From an uncultured virus (IMG/VR IMGVR_UViG_3300010885_058378) (lineage: Duplodnaviria > Heunggongvirae > Uroviricota > Caudoviricetes), in IMG/VR virus record IMGVR_UViG_3300010885_058378, positions 111,482-131,481 of that record: a DNA stretch of 20,000 nt. The stretch is one strand, 5' to 3'. Positions 13,185-20,000 of the stretch are shown in pieces. The notes beneath the pieces are model-generated. The model was not told where the DNA came from and ran no database searches. It saw nothing but the letters and a program-made list of their open reading frames with translations. Made by a program: the position numbers and the translations under genes. The number at the start of each line of letters is the position of its first letter. Within the stretch, counting starts at the first letter, position 1.

Positions 13185-14306
13185 TCAGTCACCCACTATA
13201 GCATCGTTAGTATTATCTACAAAACTAATAGCCGTAGGATCAGTACCAGTGCCGAATGTTCCGCTACCAGTTACAACAAGCTTATTAAAGGTTTGATAGC
13301 TATATGTGACAGTAGCATTACCACCACCAGTATCTCCACCATTATAATTAACACTTGTTAGTTTATTCTTTTTTCCAAGATCAAGCCTTAATGAATCATT
13401 AATACCAGAACCACAAATAACAATATTAACTTCTTTATCTTGTAAATTCTTATAAACAGTAGAACAACTTGATGTTAGTGAACTAAAGTCTGAAGCCTCA
13501 ACCATATCTCCACTAGCAGCAATAATTTGGAATTCACTAGTAACTTCGAGTGGGAATGTTACATAACGATAGTATGGAGCCATGGATCCTAGTTCGTAAA
13601 TTGCTTCACGACCAAGGTTAGCACTAATAGTAACGCTTTGCATTCTTGGCTTTCCACCACCAGGAGCAGGAATACCACCGCCAACACCAGTTGGAATAAT
13701 ACTTTGTACCGTGTTATATTTATAACGTCTAGCAATTGATGGAGCTGTCATGGTTCCAGCGTCAGTGCCTCCACCGAAGATACCATTCGAACTTGGAGCC
13801 CCATTTAATCCGCTATTCCATACTTTATTATTTCCAACAAGGGTAACGTCTTCTGTAGCATTTCCTTCAACAGGAATGGTATAGCTAATGCTTGACAAAT
13901 ACATTCCGCTGCAGTCAACATAATTACTTGGTGTTCCAGTAGCTGCTGCTAAATCGTCGCTATAAAGACCTAAACGAACGTTAACTCTATTATTGGCTAA
14001 GGAAACAAGTTCTTTTCCACTAGCACTAGCAGGACCAGCACTTCCACCCATGCATAATAGATATAGTGGGAATGTTCCATCAATAACTTTGCTCATTGTA
14101 ACTTCAACTTCAGGAACATTTTCAATGTTGTCATAAAGTTCGATTTGACCTAATTGAAAAACTTGTTCTAGTGTGAAGTTTGTTGTGATGCCTATGCTTT
14201 GTAAGCCTCTGGGATAGTACCAGTTACCATTAACTGATGTTCCGTCTACGTTTTGTCCTTTAAGAGCAACACCTTGTGTGGCGTAAAAAATTCTATTAAA
14301 TGGCAT
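13185..14306 (-). CDS. Major tail tube protein with two tandem tube-like domains (373 aa)
   Basis: Beta-rich with a GGAG RBS, located after the terminator-like gene. Internal duplication: LQSIGITTNFTLEQVFQLG / MQSVTISANLGREAIYELG and YLSSISY...GNAT / KLTSVNY...GNAT. Confidence 0.75.
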   Translation of the reverse strand: MPFNRIFYATQGVALKGQNVDGTSVNGNWYYPRGLQSIGITTNFTLEQVFQLGQIELYDNIENVPEVEVTMSKVIDGTFPLYLLCMGGSAGPASASGKELVSLANNRVNVRLGLYSDDLAAATGTPSNYVDCSGMYLSSISYTIPVEGNATEDVTLVGNNKVWNSGLNGAPSSNGIFGGGTDAGTMTAPSIARRYKYNTVQSIIPTGVGGGIPAPGGGKPRMQSVTISANLGREAIYELGSMAPYYRYVTFPLEVTSEFQIIAASGDMVEASDFSSLTSSCSTVYKNLQDKEVNIVICGSGINDSLRLDLGKKNKLTSVNYNGGDTGGGNATVTYSYQTFNKLVVTGSGTFGTGTDPTAISFVDNTNDAIVGD

Positions 14307-14333
14307 TTGTATTCTCCGAATAAGGGGTGTTTT

Positions 14334-14354
14334 GATTTATATGTAATATACACC
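14334..14354 (-). promoter_or_regulatory. Candidate late promoter upstream of the tail tube gene
   Basis: Intergenic GGTGTATATTACATATAAATC. It shares GTGTATA with 19828..19838 and includes a 7/8 match to TATAAATA. Confidence 0.4.
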
Positions 14355-14357
14355 AAG

Positions 14358-15293
14358 TCATGGAAAAATTTCTATCGACCATCTGATAAGACCATTATAT
14401 AAGTTGCTGCTCAAAGTATTCATTTCGCCAAGACTGCTACTTTTAATATTACACCAATACTGCCTAAAATTAGATACCAAATCAGGATAATTTTGTCCAT
14501 TTCGATTAATGCTTCCTTCAGAAGTTAATGAATAAACTTGGTTTTTGGCTACTTTATCAGAGTCATATAAAAATAGAACCTTATCTTTTTGAGCTAATAG
14601 TATATCAATTAGAATATTTCTTTGAGTTGCAGTTGGAGAAAAAACATGAAGAAAAACATCCTGAGTCCAAACATTTTGAGTAGTTCCTAATTGGAAAGGA
14701 GTTAATTCTGTTCTTGGAGCAAGCTCTATCATAACTGCTGGTAATTGAACTCTATGAACAGAGGTAATAGCATAGTCTCCATTGGGTTTATAATTAGCCG
14801 GATTATATGTTTCTTTTTGAACCTCTTTCCACCATAATGAATCACTAGATTTATAAGTTTGAATATATCTATATGAATATCCTGCAGTAACAGAGCTAGT
14901 GGCCGAAACAGCATTGGTAAATTTAATTTGACCTAATGGATAATTTACAGAATATGTATAACTACCACTTCCTGATGGAGCAGGCAAGAAGGTATTATTT
15001 AAATATACTCCGGAGAATAAAGACGGCGAAACTCCACTGTATACTATTCCTGATTCGTAAACCCAATCTTTTCTTGGGGCCTCCCATAATCTATTTCCTG
15101 CAATAGTCGGGTCAGTTGACAACTTTAATGTTTGAAAACCAACTGTTCCAGTTATAGCCACTGTTGGAGTTGATACATTTATAAATCCTCCAATATTTAA
15201 AAATGACCAATCTAGAAAACTCTTTAAATTGTCTTCTAAATTTGATATTTTATCTTTATATGTTATTGAGCCAACATTATGAAATTGTGTCAT
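14358..15293 (-). CDS. Putative tail terminator/completion protein (311 aa) with an inserted beta-rich domain
   Basis: Directly upstream of the tube gene. VQLPAVMIE...QDVFLHVFSPTATQRNILIDIL resembles the terminator (SPP1 gp17/lambda gpU-type) pattern. ATGA overlap with the upstream gene. Confidence 0.55.
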   Translation of the reverse strand: MTQFHNVGSITYKDKISNLEDNLKSFLDWSFLNIGGFINVSTPTVAITGTVGFQTLKLSTDPTIAGNRLWEAPRKDWVYESGIVYSGVSPSLFSGVYLNNTFLPAPSGSGSYTYSVNYPLGQIKFTNAVSATSSVTAGYSYRYIQTYKSSDSLWWKEVQKETYNPANYKPNGDYAITSVHRVQLPAVMIELAPRTELTPFQLGTTQNVWTQDVFLHVFSPTATQRNILIDILLAQKDKVLFLYDSDKVAKNQVYSLTSEGSINRNGQNYPDLVSNFRQYWCNIKSSSLGEMNTLSSNLYNGLIRWSIEIFP

Positions 15294-15931
15294 AGATTTT
15301 TTTCTATATTCTCTTGAATAATTTTATAGACACTATCTTCTACACTATTTATGGCCCTGGTTGTCCAATTATCATTTTCTGTTCCGGCAAACTGTGGAGG
15401 AACTCTCCAAGAACTTGACGATGGAATCATAATGGCCATTCCTGATCTTGAATATGGAGATGGAAAATATGATACCTCATAGTTTTTAACTAATATTTCA
15501 TTACCTTTTAATAATAGCCATTCTAGCCATGGCAAAGAATATCCACTAGCATCTTTTACAGACGCTGGTTCGGTATATATTACTCCATTCATGTCATCAG
15601 ATTTCATCATTGTAAGCACGAATCCACCAGATAAACCTTTATTTGTAACTTTTATATCGTTTCTTTGAACAGCCAATGTCTCTATTAGAGCGTCTATCAC
15701 AGAATTTATTGAAGTAGCATCAGCTATACCTAATTCAGCTTTTAGCGTTCCTGTCATTAAAGAAGAATATTCTGGTTGGTTTCTTAAAGATTCACTAATA
15801 AGAATTTTAATTTCTGTTGAGATTTTTGGAAGGGCTGTATTGATAGCTTTATCTAGAATAATCTTTAATTCATCCATGATTAGTTTAGAAATTTGACTAT
15901 CAGTTTCTAACAATCGTAAAGAAAATTTCAT
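15290..15931 (-). CDS. Putative neck/tail completion protein (213 aa)
   Basis: Position between the closure-like and terminator-like genes; TGTLKAELG and LPWLEWLL segments; helical ends. Family call inferred from synteny. Confidence 0.45.
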   Translation of the reverse strand: MKFSLRLLETDSQISKLIMDELKIILDKAINTALPKISTEIKILISESLRNQPEYSSLMTGTLKAELGIADATSINSVIDALIETLAVQRNDIKVTNKGLSGGFVLTMMKSDDMNGVIYTEPASVKDASGYSLPWLEWLLLKGNEILVKNYEVSYFPSPYSRSGMAIMIPSSSSWRVPPQFAGTENDNWTTRAINSVEDSVYKIIQENIEKNL

Positions 15932-16461
15932 TTACGTTTCCACATGGTTATAATATATGAATTATTACCAAGTCCTGCCGGTTCTGGATCTCCAGCTCTT
16001 TCATAAGTATAATTACCATATTTGCTGATCTTAGAGTCTATAATAATTTCAGAAGCATTTCTAATTTTGGGTAAAAGTTCAACTTTACATATTGTTTGAA
16101 CCATCCCATCTGGAATATTAACAGTTTTTGAAGACCAATTCATCCAATATTTACTATCGAATATGCAAGCTAAATATACTGTTTCGCTTGAGGATGATGA
16201 TGTTGTCATGCCCATACCCATACAAGAAGGACATATTGAACCTTCTGGAAATGGATTTGGTCCTCTATTATTATATTTATTTGAAGATAATCCAGATATA
16301 GTATCAAAAATACAGTTATTACAATAAACAGTATTTCCCGCACCAGAGTATTTGAACACACAAGGAACAGTCAATGCTGTGGTTTCCAACAAAGAGTCTA
16401 TAGCATCTTTATATAATTGTTTAAATTCTGAATTTATTAAACTAGAAAAAGGATTTGTCAT
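15928..16461 (-). CDS. Putative head-closure (stopper) protein with a Cys4 zinc finger (177 aa)
   Basis: CNNC (aa 47-50) and CPSCMGMG (aa 77-84), a beta-rich C-terminal half, and a position in the neck module. Confidence 0.5.
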   Translation of the reverse strand: MTNPFSSLINSEFKQLYKDAIDSLLETTALTVPCVFKYSGAGNTVYCNNCIFDTISGLSSNKYNNRGPNPFPEGSICPSCMGMGMTTSSSSSETVYLACIFDSKYWMNWSSKTVNIPDGMVQTICKVELLPKIRNASEIIIDSKISKYGNYTYERAGDPEPAGLGNNSYIITMWKRK

Positions 16462-16655
16462 TTTAATATATAAACCATGTTTGTTGAACTATTTTGAAGA
16501 TCGACAGACGTTTTAGTTAAGTTCTGACTATACTGTAAAATAATCTTAGAAATACTAAGAGTATTTGTAATAAGATCATTCATAGAAATAGATAGACTTG
16601 ATTGTTCTATATTAATAGATCCAATATTTTTATAGTTTTCTTTAACAATATTCAT
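16458..16655 (-). CDS. Hypothetical protein (65 aa)
   Basis: ORF track; coupled to both neighbours by TAATG and ATGA overlaps. Confidence 0.55.
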   Translation of the reverse strand: MNIVKENYKNIGSINIEQSSLSISMNDLITNTLSISKIILQYSQNLTKTSVDLQNSSTNMVYILK

Positions 16656-16897
16656 TATGGATTATTTGCTGGTACGACTTTAGCTTCTCCAGGAACCCCA
16701 GGAGCAGCAGGAGCATAAGGAGCATCTTTATCAACTATTGCCTGAATGCATAATTGTGCCCATAATTCGGCTTCTGTAGCGGATGCCCAAGGTGTTGAGT
16801 CTGGCCAATCTGGTTGATATACAATTGGCTCAGTTCGTCCTTCAGTAAAAATATTAATCGCAAAACTATTGGGATCTACTGTGTAAGTTAAATTCAT
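16655..16897 (-). CDS. Hypothetical protein (80 aa), possible fibre-associated chaperone
   Basis: AGGAG RBS; follows the propeller gene; contains YQPDWPDSTPWASATEAELWA. Confidence 0.65.
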   Translation of the reverse strand: MNLTYTVDPNSFAINIFTEGRTEPIVYQPDWPDSTPWASATEAELWAQLCIQAIVDKDAPYAPAAPGVPGEAKVVPANNP

Positions 16898-16928
16898 AAA
16901 ATCATCTCCTATATTTAAAATTAAAATA

Positions 16929-18239
16929 TTATGTAATACTATACCAATTGTCTGTAGTTATTGATCTTTGTGTCCAAGATATTCCATTTGTTGATGTCGC
17001 TACTATACTACCATTACCAATAGCAATAAAAGTACTGTTTTTATATATTATACTACTCCACTGATTAGCAAAAATAGTTTGACTTGACCAACTGGATGTA
17101 TTGCTAGATAGGGCAACAGCCGATGAGCCGTTTGCTATAGCAACATAAACTCCATTTCCATAGGCTACTGTTGTCCAATAATTAGAAGATGGCAGTGTTG
17201 CAGAAGTCCAACTTATTCCATCTGAACTAATTAAAACATCGTTTGTATTAGCGCCAACAATCACAAAATTACCATTTCCAAAAGTTATGTCTTTCCATTC
17301 TCTGGATAATGGCAATGATCTTTGAGTCCATGTGGTGCCATTTGTTGATGTTGCTATTGTTGATGATGAATCTACTATAGCAACAAATATACCATTCCCA
17401 TATACTACAGATTTCCATGTGGCACTAGCTGGTAGATTTACTGCGTTCCAAGTTAATCCATCAGACGATGTGGCAGCAATATATGATGTTGATAGCACAA
17501 GGAATATACCATTAGCATAGATTGCCTTCGTCCATTGATTATTGGCATTAGCAATATTAAAATTATTACTGGCCCAAGTTATACCATTCGACGAATAATC
17601 ATAATCTGAACTATTATATGCACATGCTATAACTTTATTGCTTCCAAAAGCTACGCCTGTCCAATATCTAGAAGCTGTTAAATTATTAATATTCCATGTT
17701 GCTCCATTATTTGTAGAAGCTGCTGATCTGTTACTATTAAAGGCCACAGCAACAGGAAAACCTCCAACAGGATATAAAACGGGCATTGTGGGATCGGGTG
17801 TTGGACTTGGTTCTGGCATTGGGCTTGGTTCTGGCGTTGAAGTAACAGTTTGAGTAATTGATGGAGTAGGGGTGACGTAAGGAGTAACAGATATTGTTGG
17901 TGTTACTGTGCTTGTTGGTGTTACTGTTTGAGTTACTGAAATTGTTGGTGTTCGTGTTGGACTTATACTAATTGTGGGAGTAACAGTTCTTGTTTGTGTT
18001 GGAGTCTTGGTAACTGTGCGAGTTGGTGTTCTTGTTACTCCGGGCAGTGCTGCTCCTGGCCCAAGCTTATAATAAGCAGGATCATCAAACTTTTCATCAT
18101 ATTTATCTATATCGGATGGATTAATTGGATCAGTATCTTTTGAGCTATCATAGCGACCTATTCCTTGTCCACCTGTATTTACAGTACTAGAACCATTACT
18201 TATTGGTTTGTCTTCTCTTGCTTTTGAAATATCTGTCAT
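16929..18239 (-). CDS. Putative virion appendage/adhesin: Pro/Thr stalk plus 7-bladed beta-propeller
   Basis: Seven repeats of about 40 aa (W..V.YGNG.FVA...S.[DN]G.[TS]W, Asp-box-like), with the terminal WYSIT strand closing blade 1. ATG 18239 is preferred over TTG 18242 given the AAGGA spacing. Confidence 0.75.
   Translation of the reverse strand: MTDISKAREDKPISNGSSTVNTGGQGIGRYDSSKDTDPINPSDIDKYDEKFDDPAYYKLGPGAALPGVTRTPTRTVTKTPTQTRTVTPTISISPTRTPTISVTQTVTPTSTVTPTISVTPYVTPTPSITQTVTSTPEPSPMPEPSPTPDPTMPVLYPVGGFPVAVAFNSNRSAASTNNGATWNINNLTASRYWTGVAFGSNKVIACAYNSSDYDYSSNGITWASNNFNIANANNQWTKAIYANGIFLVLSTSYIAATSSDGLTWNAVNLPASATWKSVVYGNGIFVAIVDSSSTIATSTNGTTWTQRSLPLSREWKDITFGNGNFVIVGANTNDVLISSDGISWTSATLPSSNYWTTVAYGNGVYVAIANGSSAVALSSNTSSWSSQTIFANQWSSIIYKNSTFIAIGNGSIVATSTNGISWTQRSITTDNWYSIT
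17787..18035 (-). repeat. Thr/Pro-rich low-complexity linker
   Basis: TRTPTRTVTKTPTQTRTVTPTISISPTRTPTISVTQTVTPT...PEPSPMPEPSPTPDPT. Confidence 0.9.
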
Positions 18240-18262
18240 CAATATATCCTTTATTTATAAGA

Positions 18263-19261
18263 TTATGGTTTGTATGTTAGTACAAGTTTCCAGCCACCTA
18301 TTGATCCAGAAATTGTGGGATCGGTATCTTTTACTATGAGATTCCAAACTCCGGTTACGCTATTTCCAAATAAATGATTAAAATTATATGCTAAAGTTTC
18401 ATTTGAGTATTTGATAGAGTTTATTTTTTGACTATTATTATATATATTACATAGATTACCGTTAGATACATTATGTAGATATACTGTTGGTAGTGCTTTA
18501 TTAGAAAACATAAAACTAAAGTTATTACTATTATTAGATATTTTATGATTACCAGCCAAGAGTATTTTATTACCAGAAGGTGGAGCTAATAGTAATTGCA
18601 AATCTTGTGGAGATGAATGGTTTAGATTATTTATAACAAGTTCCACATTTTCTATTTGTCTGGTATCTGTTGTAGAAACTGATCCAGTAACGGATGATAG
18701 GTCGGGTATTTGTAGTGACGATCCTTCATATACTTTAGAATAAATATCAATGTCTAAACAGTCAGTTTTTAAGCATAGATCTTCAGCATCTGGTACTGGG
18801 GTGGTTGTAGGAGTTGATGTTCCTCCATCGATATTGCCTCCTGCTGTTCCTGTGCCGGTTCCTGTACCTGAGTTTGTCTGTAATAGTTGACAATTTGGAA
18901 ATGGAGTTTGTCGTTTCTGAATAGTTATAGAACCAGAAACTAATCTAATAACTTTGGTTCCTTGTATAAGATCTAAATCATATACGGCACTATTGAATGA
19001 ATATAATTTAGTTAATGAATTATCAAGCTTTAAACTAATAAGACCTTTATCAGAACCAATTAAAGAATAATTACTAGCCTGAGTTGTTGTTGAGAAAGAT
19101 GTTGTTGCATCTACTCCTGAATTGGGTATCATTTGTAAAACAACACAAGAATTCTGATTATTGCTTAGGTCAACAGGATTATTATTTTCATCATTATATT
19201 GAAAATTAATTTCAAAATCAGAACCCTGTTCAATAATAAAATTATAATTTACTGCTGGCAT
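18263..19261 (-). CDS. Structural protein: N-terminal beta-sandwich (BppU_N-like) plus C-terminal proprotein-convertase P domain (332 aa)
   Basis: N-terminus YNFIIEQGSDF...PVDL...AVYDLDL...RLVSGSITI, then a GTGTGT linker. C-terminus IPD...IENVELVINNLNHSSPQDLQLLLAPPSG...GNSVTGVWNLIVKD...GSIGGWKL matches the P-domain signature. Confidence 0.75.
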   Translation of the reverse strand: MPAVNYNFIIEQGSDFEINFQYNDENNNPVDLSNNQNSCVVLQMIPNSGVDATTSFSTTTQASNYSLIGSDKGLISLKLDNSLTKLYSFNSAVYDLDLIQGTKVIRLVSGSITIQKRQTPFPNCQLLQTNSGTGTGTGTAGGNIDGGTSTPTTTPVPDAEDLCLKTDCLDIDIYSKVYEGSSLQIPDLSSVTGSVSTTDTRQIENVELVINNLNHSSPQDLQLLLAPPSGNKILLAGNHKISNNSNNFSFMFSNKALPTVYLHNVSNGNLCNIYNNSQKINSIKYSNETLAYNFNHLFGNSVTGVWNLIVKDTDPTISGSIGGWKLVLTYKP

Positions 19262-19273
19262 AAGATTTCCTTA

Positions 19274-19783
19274 TTAAAATAAGTCTCGTCCTCTATTATC
19301 AGAGAATAGTGATCGTGGATCAAATTTATTACCAACAAACGGACCAAGAATTGCTCTAACAGCAGTAGCCTGACTAACATCCCATTGAGAAGTTAATTCA
19401 TCATATGATGCACACGGGCCTTTTTCTAGTATCTTTATAAATCCTTCCAAACTTCCCTTAACAGTTAGTGTTGCTGATCCTAGTGATGCTCTTATTCCTT
19501 CTAAAGCGGCCTTTGTTCTTAGAGCACTTTGGTCAACAATACAAGCGGCTTTAAGAGATACTAAACTAACAAAAATTTCATCATTAATATCTGTTGGATC
19601 AGGACTAATACTTCCTTCAACAACATCTACATTATAAGAATGATCAAGAACAACGTCAAATTGAACATATTTAGCAGAAACTGCTATTATTTGTTTTAAT
19701 CTTTCGTCACTATATGACGGTTGATCACTTAAATCATTAATGAGTGTTCTTACAATAATTGGTATTTCTATATCCCAAGACAT
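19274..19783 (-). CDS. Putative head-tail adaptor protein (169 aa)
   Basis: IVRTLINDLSDQPSYSDERL resembles the VR.LI.D....SD.E adaptor N-terminus. Helical, and first gene of the neck module. Confidence 0.6.
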   Translation of the reverse strand: MSWDIEIPIIVRTLINDLSDQPSYSDERLKQIIAVSAKYVQFDVVLDHSYNVDVVEGSISPDPTDINDEIFVSLVSLKAACIVDQSALRTKAALEGIRASLGSATLTVKGSLEGFIKILEKGPCASYDELTSQWDVSQATAVRAILGPFVGNKFDPRSLFSDNRGRDLF

Positions 19784-19827
19784 AATATGGCCTTTTTAAA
19801 AAATGAAATCTACTTATAGGCATTATC

Positions 19828-19838
19828 TATTTATACAC
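19828..19838 (-). promoter_or_regulatory. Candidate late promoter GTG-TATAAATA
   Basis: Exact match to the T4-type late -10 consensus TATAAATA (19835..19828) in the intergenic gap upstream of the adaptor gene. Confidence 0.5.
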
Positions 19839-19841
19839 TTT

Positions 19842-20000
19842 TTAAACTGATCCTGATGGATTTGGGAGCGAATCTATTATGGTTACTGTACCATCCTCAT
19901 TCATGGTAAATTGACCAATTAAAGCCAATCCTTTACTAATAGCTTCTGGTTTAATATTAGCAATTAATTGCCCCAGAGCATAATGTAATTCAAATACCTC
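19842..20000 (-). CDS. 3' end of a hypothetical protein (partial)
   Basis: Frame open from the window edge: EVFELHYALGQLIANIKPEAISKGLALIGQFTMNEDGTVTIIDSLPNPSGSV*, with TAA at 19844..19842. Confidence 0.7.
   Translation of the reverse strand, partial: EVFELHYALGQLIANIKPEAISKGLALIGQFTMNEDGTVTIIDSLPNPSGSV

Noticed and set aside
13185..15293. Contractile tail (myovirus, tailocin or eCIS) interpretation
   Set aside because: No sheath-sized gene or sheath motifs lie between the neck and tube genes, and head-tail joining genes are present. A sheath elsewhere in the genome cannot be excluded.
11294..17853. Remaining short ORFs in the track (11294..11479 +, 12996..13181 +, 14729..14914 -, 17332..17520 +, 17638..17853 +)
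   Set aside because: Each is antisense to, or out of frame within, a better-supported minus-strand gene.
16932..18035. Repeats considered as a CRISPR array or a diversity-generating retroelement TR/VR pair
   Set aside because: They are degenerate protein-level coding repeats. No identical DNA repeats with spacers, no adenine-specific mismatch pair and no reverse transcriptase were seen in the window.

Overview
AT-rich segment of a large tailed phage. It carries a head-tail joining and tail morphogenesis operon read entirely on the minus strand, in the standard genetic code. Transcription order (right to left): partial ORF, putative head-tail adaptor, P-domain protein, Pro/Thr-stalk plus 7-blade beta-propeller protein, two small ORFs, Zn-finger neck protein, tail-completion and terminator-like proteins, an internally duplicated major tail tube protein (no sheath gene seen, so probably a non-contractile tail), four chaperone-position genes, an intrinsic terminator, and a giant ORF missing from the supplied track. 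That ORF starts at ATG 10650 and stays open to base 1 (at least 3550 codons, truncated by the window). By hand translation it is a tape measure protein (TMP) with about 2000 aa of enzyme cargo inserted in its middle: a thermonuclease (SNase), an HExxH zincin peptidase, a P-loop kinase fused to a (T/H)xGH nucleotidyltransferase, a probable PD-(D/E)xK nuclease, a small HTH-like unit and an H-Y class ADP-ribosyltransferase. A recurring [FY]-A-x-G-G-like motif sits at the cassette boundaries, and two copies of a DTVPA.L.PGEFV module bracket the array. I infer a polyvalent TMP acting as an injected, possibly proteolytically processed, effector polyprotein. All domain calls come from motif recognition by eye; no searches were run.
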